From an uncultured Actinomycetes bacterium (GTDB lineage Bacteria; Actinomycetota; Actinomycetes; Streptosporangiales; Streptosporangiaceae): a stretch of 64,000 bases of DNA. The notes under the pieces are model-generated. The model did no database searches and was not told where the DNA came from. It was given only the letters and a program-made list of their open reading frames with translations. The stretch is from positions 249,242 through 313,241 of the forward strand of contig CAWINT010000011.1 in NCBI GenBank assembly GCA_963837515.1, given 5' to 3'. Shown here one piece after another: positions 9,648-17,886 of the stretch (within the stretch, counting starts at the first letter, position 1; each line of letters begins with the position of its first letter). The translations under genes were made by a program, and so were the position numbers.

Positions 9648-9753
9648 CGCTTGTCCCCCAAGAGTCTGGCGCGAACCTGACGGCGTGGCGAGGCGGCTGC
9701 CTGCCTCTCAAATGATCCGCGACGGCCTGGTCCTGATACATCACCGGGCCGGT

Positions 9754-10866
9754 TCAGCCGCCGAGCCTGTCAGCGTCCACCCACCGGCCACCGGAGGCCT
9801 CGACGTCCGGATACGCATCCCGGACTTCTTTCAGCAGGTCAGAAACGAACAGCAGGACAGAATCCGGCTGGTGGACAGCAAGCTGCTCCGGGCTGGCGAC
9901 GGGGATGCCGGTGCCCGGCATCCGCAGGCCCTGCTTGGCGGGCGAGGCATCCAGCACCACGGGCAGCAGCGCGGCGTCCACGCCCGCCCGGCGCAGCAGG
10001 GCGACCGCGCGGGAGGCGGCACCGTAGCCGACGACGGCCCGCCCGGCCATGCGCTCGGACACGAGCCAGTCGTGGATCGCCTTGGCCCGGGCCTCGGTGT
10101 CGCGCTGGAGCCCGGCGAGCACCGCAGGATCAGTGACTCCGGCCCGGGCCTCACTGGCCATGAGCGCGGCCACCGAGCCATCGTCGGCGCGGCCCGGGCG
10201 GCCATCCCGGCTGGCGGCCAGCAGCACCGTGCCACCGTAGAGCTCGAACTGCCAGGCCTGCTGCGGGCTGAAGCCGAATCGGGCCAGCATGGCGGCCAGG
10301 GCCGGAGTGGAGTAATAGGCGTAGTGCCCGTGCCGCAGCGCGTTCCACTGCCCGTAGCGGGTGATCGTAGCCAGTGAGTGGTACTGCAGCAGCAGCACGC
10401 CCCCGGGGCTGACCCGGGCGGTCCGCTCCGCGAGGGCCGCGTGCTGGTCGGCGGAGTGCATCAGCCCGAAGCAGTCGAGCACCACTTCCGCGGGCTCCCC
10501 GTCGCGGACCGGGGTGAGCCCGCGGCCGGCCAGCAGGCCCAGCCAGGAGCCACCGTGGGGGCTGCCGTACTCGGCGACGCGCGCTCCGGCCGGGAGCAGG
10601 CTGTCGGCGGCGACCCGGGCGACCGCGTCGGCGGCCTGCGCGACGAGCGCGGCCGGCTCGGCACCCCGGGGCTCCTCGGGCACCGTTGGGTCGGCTACCA
10701 GCTGAGCCAGGCCGCACCCGGCGCACAGCCACATCTGCAGCGGGTAGACCGGGTCGGGGCCAGGGTCATCGCGGCGCGGGAAATAGTCGCAGGCCGGCTG
10801 GTCACCGAGGTCAAGCACCACCGTGCCGGTCCGGCCGCGGCAGAAGCGGCAGGCGTGCTCAGTCAT
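9754..10866 (-). CDS. NDP-hexose C-methyltransferase-like protein (TylC3 type; Zn-ribbon + SAM MT + C-MT C-terminal domain)
   Basis: 370 aa. N-terminal CRFC...CAGC four-Cys zinc ribbon followed by a methyltransferase core, the architecture typical of sugar 3-C-methyltransferases. Confidence 0.65.
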   Translation of the reverse strand: MTEHACRFCRGRTGTVVLDLGDQPACDYFPRRDDPGPDPVYPLQMWLCAGCGLAQLVADPTVPEEPRGAEPAALVAQAADAVARVAADSLLPAGARVAEYGSPHGGSWLGLLAGRGLTPVRDGEPAEVVLDCFGLMHSADQHAALAERTARVSPGGVLLLQYHSLATITRYGQWNALRHGHYAYYSTPALAAMLARFGFSPQQAWQFELYGGTVLLAASRDGRPGRADDGSVAALMASEARAGVTDPAVLAGLQRDTEARAKAIHDWLVSERMAGRAVVGYGAASRAVALLRRAGVDAALLPVVLDASPAKQGLRMPGTGIPVASPEQLAVHQPDSVLLFVSDLLKEVRDAYPDVEASGGRWVDADRLGG

Positions 10867-11566
10867 GGGCGCCCCGCGGCGAGCAGATGAAGAAATACTC
10901 CACAGCCAGGCGCGGGCTGATGCCGGGGACGTTCACGTTCAGGTGCATGTTGGCGGCCTTGACCAGGCCTCGCCGGGGCTGGCCACCGTGCCAGTTGTGT
11001 GCGGTGGGGAAGCACTTCTCGATGGTGAAGTAGCGGCTCAGGCTGTCGCGGAAGGCGGCAAGAGACTGGACGTTACTGAAGGCCTCGAATACATACTTGT
11101 CGCGGTGGCCGAAGTTCGTGTAGGTCACCACGAACCTGCCGCCCTCGTTCAGCAGGTGCGCGATCTCGGCGAACTTCGCAGTCTGGAAGTCGCCGACATA
11201 CTCGAACAATCCCTGCGCCACAACGATGTCGAACCGCCGGTCGCCGAACTTGATGGGCGCCTGCAGAATGTCGGCCTCCAGCAGGTTCGGTGCCGGGTCG
11301 TGGATGGCGATGTCAATCCCGTAGTAGTGGACGTTTTCCGGCAGCAGGCGCATCAGCGTGGCCGGCCCGCAGCCGAGGTCGAGCACGTCACACTCCCGGC
11401 CGCCGGCGATCCTGGTGACGATCCGGGCCGTCTTCTGCAGCCGGTAGTGCGGGGTGGCGTGCTTGCGGTTTTCCTTGATCCAGAAGTCTCTTTTGTACGC
11501 CTCCGCGATACTTCCAGCGGGTCCGCCAGCCATGCCTACCTGGTTGTCGGCCGGGTCATTCGCCAT
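10859..11566 (-). CDS. Class I SAM-dependent methyltransferase
   Basis: 235 aa. Motif I is DVLDLGCGPATL. 8-nt overlap with the downstream C-MT gene. Confidence 0.7.
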   Translation of the reverse strand: MANDPADNQVGMAGGPAGSIAEAYKRDFWIKENRKHATPHYRLQKTARIVTRIAGGRECDVLDLGCGPATLMRLLPENVHYYGIDIAIHDPAPNLLEADILQAPIKFGDRRFDIVVAQGLFEYVGDFQTAKFAEIAHLLNEGGRFVVTYTNFGHRDKYVFEAFSNVQSLAAFRDSLSRYFTIEKCFPTAHNWHGGQPRRGLVKAANMHLNVNVPGISPRLAVEYFFICSPRGAHD

Positions 11567-11572
11567 TTTTTC

Positions 11573-12512
11573 CTACGCTTTCCTCTCCCGGCCGGCCACG
11601 AGAGCGTCAACCGGGATGTCGGGGAGGGTTCCGGAGACGGGCCCGGCGGGCTGATCCACCCCTGGTCGGGCCCGGGTTGCCAGCCACTGCGCCAGGTAGC
11701 GGTAGCACTCACGCCGGTCGGCGCGAGTCAGCGGCGCCCGGCGGATCGCCGCGATGTAGCCCCAGATGTACTCGCCGTACAGCCGCACGCCTGGGTGCCG
11801 CCACCGGCTGGCCCGCCGCGGGTCCATGTTGACACACCGGCTGCGCATGGTGGGGCACGCACGCTCCGCCCGGTCGTCGTGATCGCGCCGGAAGTACAGC
11901 CAGTCCGGGACCTGGTAGAACGGTCCATGCAGGACAAGCTCAGCGATGATCGTGTGGTCGGCGTGGTGATAGCTGTCCTTCTTCGCCGCCCGGCGGAGGA
12001 CCTCGGTCCTCATGATCCCGTAGTCGTCGTCGCCGCCGCTGTCGAACAGGACGCTCCGGAAGCGTTCCGGCGCGTGCGGCGAGGTTGTGCTCAGCGGGTA
12101 CTCGAAGGCCTGCGTTACGTTCCCCCGGCCGTCGATGTAGGCCGTCCAGGAGTGCGCCAGCACGGCGTGCGGATGCTGGTCGAGTGCGGCGACGCACCGT
12201 TCGAGCAGATCGCGCGAGTACAGGTCGTCGCCCGCGGCCCACTTGAAGAGCTCGCCCCTGGCCTGGTCGGCGACGAAGTTGTGGTTCGGGGCGAGCCCGA
12301 TGTTCCGCGGCTGGCGGAAGTAGCGGATCCGCGCGTCCACCGACTGGTAGTGACGGCAGATGTCGGCGGTCCCGTCGGTCGAACGCGTTGTCCGAGATGA
12401 TCAGCTCGAAATCGGGGTAGCTCTGCCCGAGCAGGGCCTCGATCGCCTCGGCGAGGTATCTCTCGCTGTTGTAGATCGGCAGCCCCACGCTAAGTTTGGG
12501 CGGCGCGCTCAT
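11573..12512 (-). pseudogene. Family-2 glycosyltransferase interrupted by a +1 frameshift
   Basis: The N-terminal GT2 signature (SVGLPIYNSERYLAEAIEALLGQSYPDFELIISDNA) is in ORF 11940..12512. The rest (DARIRYFRQPRNIGLAPNHN...GDDLY) is in ORF 11573..12340 in another frame. Removing one A at 12382-12383 gives ...ISDNASTDGTADICRHYQSVDARIRYF..., a contiguous 312-aa GT2. Confidence 0.75.
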
Positions 12513-12862
12513 CGGCCGCCGCCCCGGGGGCAGCTGGCCTGCGGCCAGGGATCCGCCGCCGGCCGACGGTAGCCATTGTCGCCTGCGATGAGCTTCCTCA
12601 CCGCTACCCCCAAGGTTGTCCAGACGCCGGAAAGGGGCGGCGTGGACCGCCAGCCCGCACCAGGAGAGCGGTGACGGAGCGGCCGTGATACATCAGCGCC
12701 GCAGTTCTCGTATCACTGCGCCCGGCGGCGTGCTCCTATGCTCGTCAATCCTGCAGCACTCGGAGCACGGCACGAGGCGGGTGGTCAAGGTCGCGGTGGT
12801 TGCGCTCGGCTACATCGGGGCGGTGACCCCGCTCCGCGACGGTTCTGGCTGGCGGAGGCCGG

Positions 12863-14131
12863 ATGAGCGATGAGGCACTGAATCTGCGCAGATCCACGCG
12901 GATCCTGCGGCGGCATATCGCCATCGTCGGCGTCGCCGCCGCGCTCGGACTGCTGGCGGGGGTCGCATTCGCCCTGCTGAAGCCGCCAATGCGGACGAGC
13001 AGCGCGCTCGTCCTGTTGCCTCCCGCCGTGGCGGGAGGCGGCGCTCAGCCAACTCGTTACCTCGCTACCCAGCTGGTCGTCGCGGTGAGCAGTCCGGTGC
13101 TGGCTGGGGCGGCCGACCAGCTGCATCCCGCGGTTCCGGTGCAGACGATGCGCCACCGGGTCACCGTCAGCAGCCCGAGCGCGGACCTCATCGCCTTCAC
13201 GGCCCAGGACCCGACCACCGCCCAGGCGGAAGACCTCGCGAATGCCATGGCTAACAGCTACATCGCTCATATCAGGACGCCGGGCAATCCCGACGTCCTG
13301 TTGCTGCAGCGGGCGGTGAGCGCCGTGGGCACGTCCCCGGCCACCCGGCTGGTGGTTGATGCCGGGCTGGGGGCCGTGCTGGGCGCGCTGGCTGGGTCAG
13401 TCCTCCTGCTCGCGACGCGCCGTGACGACCGCCGCCTGCAGCAGCGTGATGAGATCGCGGACGCCACAGGAGTTCCGGTGCTGGCGTCGATCCCCGTCCC
13501 GCACCCAGCCAACCCCGCAGGCTGGGCGAAGCTGCTCGATGACTATCAACCCGATGCCGTGCAGGCGTGGAGCCTGCGGAAGATCCTGCACCGGCTGGGG
13601 CTCGCCGACGGCCGGGAAGGAGATGGCGCGCGGCTGGCCATGGTTTCGCTGGCTTCCGACCACCGTGCGCTCGCGCTCGGCCCGCAGCTGGCCAGCTTTG
13701 CCGCCTCCCAGGGGATCCCCACGACGTTGGTCGTCAGCCAGGATCAGGATGCGCAGGCCATGGCCGCCCTGCGGGCCGCTTGCGCGTCGCGGGCGGCCCC
13801 GCACCCGGGCCGGCCGGGAGAGTTGCGCGTCCTCGTGGGGGCGGCCGAGCGGGCCGGCCAGCAGCTGGGCACGCCGCTGACCGTGATCGTCGATGTGGTC
13901 AGCGCCCAGGCCCCACGGCCCGCTGACCCGGCCCGGGCCACCGCGACGGTGCTGGGCGTCTCGGCTGGCGCGGCCACCGCCGAAGACCTGGCCCGGGTGG
14001 CGGTCAGCGCCGCAGGCGGCGGCCGGATCGCCGGCATCCTCCTGGCGGATGCTGACCCGGCCGACGAAACGACCGGCTGCCTTCCGCAGCCGGCGCGACC
14101 GAGGCCATTGACTCGCCCGAGCGCGCGATGA
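12863..14131 (+). CDS. Wzz/PCP-like protein A1: short extracytoplasmic loop, cytoplasmic BY-kinase-like domain lacking Walker A
   Basis: 422 aa with GGAGG before the ATG. TM1 (IAIVGVAAALGLLAGVAFALL), a Wzz-like loop, TM2, then RDEIADATGVPVLASIP and an ATPase-like fold in which SLASDHRAL replaces the GxxGxGK[ST] P-loop. Confidence 0.6.
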   Translation: MSDEALNLRRSTRILRRHIAIVGVAAALGLLAGVAFALLKPPMRTSSALVLLPPAVAGGGAQPTRYLATQLVVAVSSPVLAGAADQLHPAVPVQTMRHRVTVSSPSADLIAFTAQDPTTAQAEDLANAMANSYIAHIRTPGNPDVLLLQRAVSAVGTSPATRLVVDAGLGAVLGALAGSVLLLATRRDDRRLQQRDEIADATGVPVLASIPVPHPANPAGWAKLLDDYQPDAVQAWSLRKILHRLGLADGREGDGARLAMVSLASDHRALALGPQLASFAASQGIPTTLVVSQDQDAQAMAALRAACASRAAPHPGRPGELRVLVGAAERAGQQLGTPLTVIVDVVSAQAPRPADPARATATVLGVSAGAATAEDLARVAVSAAGGGRIAGILLADADPADETTGCLPQPARPRPLTRPSAR

Positions 14132-14141
14132 GGAAGAGCGG

Positions 14142-15785
14142 ATGGTGACGGTGCGGCGCGGGCCCAATGCGGACAGAGGCGAGCCGCAGTGGGCGAACGA
14201 TGGAGTCGTGGCGGGGGCTGAGCGTCCAGCCGGGCTGGCTCCAGCGGGCCTCCCGACCCTGCACTTCTTCCGGACGGCACTACGGCGAGGGGCCTGGCAG
14301 TGGGGGCTCATCGCCATGGCCGGGTTCCTGATCGGGCTCACCTTGAGCGTGCTGCTCCCGTCGGCCGACCAGGCGGCGACCTCGGTCTTGCTCACCCACA
14401 ACCCCAGCGAGGGGGCGGCCGACGCGATCCAGACCGACATGGCCATGGCCCGGAGCCGGCCGGTGGCTGAGCGCGCCATGAACCAGTTGGGACTGCGGCA
14501 GAGCGTCGGCAGCTTCATGGCGGCCTACTCGGTGACGCCCATCACCGACCGTATGATCCTCATCACGGTGGGCGCACCAACTATGTCCGAGGCGATGACC
14601 CGGGCCGATGCGGTGGCCAGGTCGTTCCTCCAGTTCCGCGCGCAGCAACTGCGGGCCCAGGTGCCGAGTGTCCTTAACGTCCTGGATCAGCGGATCAACG
14701 TGGCCTGGCGGCAGGCCGACGCGCTGGCCGTGCAGATCGCCAGGCAGTCCGGGCACGCCAAGTCGCGGGCCCAGAAGGCCGAGCTGAAGCGGCTGAAAGC
14801 CAGGGGCCGCCACGCGGGCAACGTGCTGAACGGGTGGCAACTCGCCGCCTCCGCGTACCAGTCGGGCACCGCCGCTGAGATCGCCGACAGCCGGATACTG
14901 GACTCCGCCGCGGCGGTCACGCACACGCAAGGATCCATGAGCCCGGGCATCCGCGACGCGGCCCTGTACGCCGTCACGGGACTCATCCCGGGCCTTGCGC
15001 TAGGCATGGGTTTCGTCATCGTCCGGGCGCTGGTTTCCAGGCGGCTGAGTCGCCGGGACGATGTCGCGGCCGCGCTCGGGGTTTCCATCGGGCTCAGCGT
15101 CGGTGCCGTACGCCGGGGCGGCCCGCTGCGCGGAGGGGCGGCCGCTGGGGGCCGCGATCCGCAGCGCATTGTGGTCCACCTGCGCAAGTCGGTCCCGCGA
15201 AGCTCGGCGAAGCCGGCCGCCCTGGCGGTCGTGGCCGTGGACGACTTGCGGGTACCCGCGCTGTCACTCACCTCACTGGCTGTCTCCTACGCAGAGCAGG
15301 GCAGCCGCGTTGTCCTGGCTGACCTGTGCCGCGGCGCGCCCGCGGCCCGGCGGTTGGGAGCCAGTGACCCCGGCGTGCACCAGGTGGACGGGGCGGGCGG
15401 GCACCTGATGGTAGCGATTCCCGGCCCCGGGAGCGTCGCTCCGGTCGGCCCGCTGCGCCGCGGGTCAGCGCTGGCCTGGGCACAGCCGTCCCCGGAACTG
15501 GCGATGGCCTGCCGCTCGGCGGATCTGCTGCTCACCCTGGTACAGCTCGATCCCGCACTGGGCGCGGACCACCTCGCCACGTGGGCCGGTGACGCCGTTG
15601 TCATGGTCACCGCCGGGCGGTCATCGGCCGTGAAGATACATGCGGTGGGCGAAATGGTGCGGCTCGCGGACGTCCGGTTCAGCCCCGCCGTACTCGTCGC
15701 GGCGGACAAGGCCGATGAGAGCCTTGGTGTCGCGCGCGAGACTGCCCTCAGCCCACCGGTCGCTTATGGCGTGGCCCCGGGATGA
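14142..15785 (+). CDS. Wzz/GumC-like PCP protein A2: long coiled-coil loop, cytoplasmic BY-kinase-like domain lacking Walker A
   Basis: 547 aa. Two TMs bracket a ~230-aa loop with coiled-coil character (FLQFRAQQLRAQ...KAELKRLKARG). The cytoplasmic domain ALAVVAVDDLRVPALSLTSLAVSYAEQGSRVVLADLCRG has no GK[ST]. Confidence 0.6.
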   Translation: MVTVRRGPNADRGEPQWANDGVVAGAERPAGLAPAGLPTLHFFRTALRRGAWQWGLIAMAGFLIGLTLSVLLPSADQAATSVLLTHNPSEGAADAIQTDMAMARSRPVAERAMNQLGLRQSVGSFMAAYSVTPITDRMILITVGAPTMSEAMTRADAVARSFLQFRAQQLRAQVPSVLNVLDQRINVAWRQADALAVQIARQSGHAKSRAQKAELKRLKARGRHAGNVLNGWQLAASAYQSGTAAEIADSRILDSAAAVTHTQGSMSPGIRDAALYAVTGLIPGLALGMGFVIVRALVSRRLSRRDDVAAALGVSIGLSVGAVRRGGPLRGGAAAGGRDPQRIVVHLRKSVPRSSAKPAALAVVAVDDLRVPALSLTSLAVSYAEQGSRVVLADLCRGAPAARRLGASDPGVHQVDGAGGHLMVAIPGPGSVAPVGPLRRGSALAWAQPSPELAMACRSADLLLTLVQLDPALGADHLATWAGDAVVMVTAGRSSAVKIHAVGEMVRLADVRFSPAVLVAADKADESLGVARETALSPPVAYGVAPG

Positions 15786-15844
15786 TGGTAAGGACCGCCG
15801 GTCGCTAGAGCTGGCTCCGTGGCCATGGGCACGTTGGCCTGAGG

Positions 15845-17803
15845 TCACGGCCGCGGCGGAGGGCTGGGCGATGGTGGCGAGGACAACGGCGCCCGGTGGT
15901 AACTGCTTCCGGAGTCCTGGCCGAACGGGCCGGTGCAGGCACCGCTCTGGCGGGCGCCAGCCGAGCTGCACCGGTCGCCAGCCGAAACCTTCCCGGTCCA
16001 CTGAGCCCAGCCCACCGGGTTCTTCCCGTTGCCCTGGTTCCAGGCGTAGAAAGTTGACGGGCCGTTGTAGACGTTGTCCGACCAGTTGTTGTGCTGGAAG
16101 AACGTGAGCTGGCTCAAGATCACCCAGCCGCCAGGGTGATTGTACGGATGGGCCACGCTGTACTCGGCGAACATGCCGCCGGCGCCGCAGGCGGGCCAAG
16201 CCGTTCGGTTGCAGTGCGGGACTGCGGCCGGGTCGAAATCGATGATGTTGTTGGTCACCTTTACGTTCGCCGTCCACCACAGGCAGCCATTCCACCAGTC
16301 CTCCGCGGGGGAACCGGTGCGATGCGGGGCGTACGTCGTTGTATCGATCGTGGCCGAGCGCAGGTTGGACTTGCAGGCGGGGATCGTGAACGGCCCGGAG
16401 GGGCCGCCGTTGGTGAGGGTGCAGGCGGCGTCGAAGCCGGCTGAGCAGAATCGGTCCGAGTTCTGCCACAACAGCACCGGCCCGCCGTTGTTCACCAGGG
16501 TGTTGCCGCTGATGACCGACTGGCGGGGATAGGAACCCTGCCGGGAGCACGACCGTTCCGGGCAGGCCGGAACTCCGCCGAAGGCCAGGTCGCTGCCGCT
16601 CTGGCTGACGTAAATGGCTGGTGTCGGGAACCCGGGGTTGTCCAGTCCCTCGGGCCAGCCGTTGTTGGCCAGGTAGTTGCCGGTGATGGAGAAGTTGTAG
16701 GAGATCTCTTCGGTGATCGCGGGCCCATCGTTATTCATGATCGTGTTACCGGCGTAGGTGGTGTTCGCGTTGTCCGTGTCGGTCCAGACGCCAGGGCCCC
16801 AGTTGTGGTGAATGTAATTTCCTTTGATGGTCACCCCATCGGTCTCCCAGAGCTTGAACCCCCCCTCATTGCCGTCCCCCACGACCTTGCCGCAGTGCGG
16901 ATTCCGGTATTGCGCAGGCACCGGGTTGTTCTTGGACCATCCGATCGCCCGGTTACTGAGCAGCCCCTCGAAGTCGCAGGTGTCGTTGTAGCTGATCTCG
17001 TTGTCTGCGACGGTGATGTTGTACGGACCACCGGTCAGCGAGTCGTGCCCCCAGGGTCCGGTCACCGACGACTGGAAGCCGTATTGGCCGTTCAGGGTCA
17101 TGCAATTGTGCTCGAGGACATTATCGGTGCTGGCGATCGCCCCGGCACCGGGTGCGTTGAGGGTGATCGTGTTGTACCGCAGGGTCCAGTCCGTGTTGGA
17201 ACTCTGGTTGATGGCCGCGGCATCGCCGTTGGGCTGAAACTTCTCGATGGTCAGGTACTCGATGATCACGCCCGGCTGGTTCCCGGATGAAAAGTTGGAG
17301 TCGATGGCCCAGGGATACCCTGAGTATTCTCCAGTGAGCACCGAGGGACGGCCGTGCCATAGTCCGCCGACAAAGACATCACCCTCATCGGCCTGGAACG
17401 CGCCGACGTGCGTGCCTGGCAGCAAATAATAAACGGTATGCGGGGCAAGCTGATAGGACATATAGCTATGCCGCCCAGCCGGGAGGACCACCCCGGCCGT
17501 CGCTTCCGGGAAATCCGAGCGGGGTGTGCCGAAGGTCGGCAGCCCGGGCCTGCCGCTGCGGTAGCGACCTGGACGGCCGTGGTAGTCGTACGGGGAGTCG
17601 AGGACTGCCTGCCCGCAGACTCTGGTGGACAGCGGGACGGAGACATCGGCGCTGTGCGTAGCTTTGGGCGACGGTTTGGGCGACAGTGGCGCCGGTCCGC
17701 TGGTGCAGCCGGCCAGGACCGCAACCGCGGCAAGAATCATGGCGAGCGCCCATCCGCCTACGGAGCGGGCCGCCGCCCGGGCAAGCTTCACGGTCATTGC
17801 CAT
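15845..17803 (-). CDS. Right-handed parallel beta-helix repeat lipoprotein (candidate glycan lyase/hydrolase/epimerase)
   Basis: ORF track 15845..17956. Start set to the ATG at 17803 (AAGGGG SD-like sequence upstream), giving MAMTVKLARAAARSVGGWALAMILAAVAVLAGC with an L-A-G-C lipobox. Repeated N-x-I/H-H-N beta-helix rungs (GNYIHHNWGPGVWTD..., GNTIMNNDGP..., GNYLANNGW..., GNTLVNNGGP...). Confidence 0.65.
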   Translation of the reverse strand: MAMTVKLARAAARSVGGWALAMILAAVAVLAGCTSGPAPLSPKPSPKATHSADVSVPLSTRVCGQAVLDSPYDYHGRPGRYRSGRPGLPTFGTPRSDFPEATAGVVLPAGRHSYMSYQLAPHTVYYLLPGTHVGAFQADEGDVFVGGLWHGRPSVLTGEYSGYPWAIDSNFSSGNQPGVIIEYLTIEKFQPNGDAAAINQSSNTDWTLRYNTITLNAPGAGAIASTDNVLEHNCMTLNGQYGFQSSVTGPWGHDSLTGGPYNITVADNEISYNDTCDFEGLLSNRAIGWSKNNPVPAQYRNPHCGKVVGDGNEGGFKLWETDGVTIKGNYIHHNWGPGVWTDTDNANTTYAGNTIMNNDGPAITEEISYNFSITGNYLANNGWPEGLDNPGFPTPAIYVSQSGSDLAFGGVPACPERSCSRQGSYPRQSVISGNTLVNNGGPVLLWQNSDRFCSAGFDAACTLTNGGPSGPFTIPACKSNLRSATIDTTTYAPHRTGSPAEDWWNGCLWWTANVKVTNNIIDFDPAAVPHCNRTAWPACGAGGMFAEYSVAHPYNHPGGWVILSQLTFFQHNNWSDNVYNGPSTFYAWNQGNGKNPVGWAQWTGKVSAGDRCSSAGARQSGACTGPFGQDSGSSYHRAPLSSPPSPSPPPRP

Positions 17804-17886
17804 CTGTCCCCTTTCCCGGGCGGGACGCGCTTTTCCCCGTGGCGGGACCCGCACCGGACGGTGAGCGGAGCTGACGCGTCCGCCGC

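Noticed and set aside
12616-12873. 85-aa ORF in the divergent region upstream of PCP A1 as a small regulatory protein
   Set aside because: Odd composition, no RBS context, and it runs into the A1 start. The region is more plausibly promoter DNA. It contains weak inverted repeats GTGATAC..GTATCAC at 12684-12715, too short to call.
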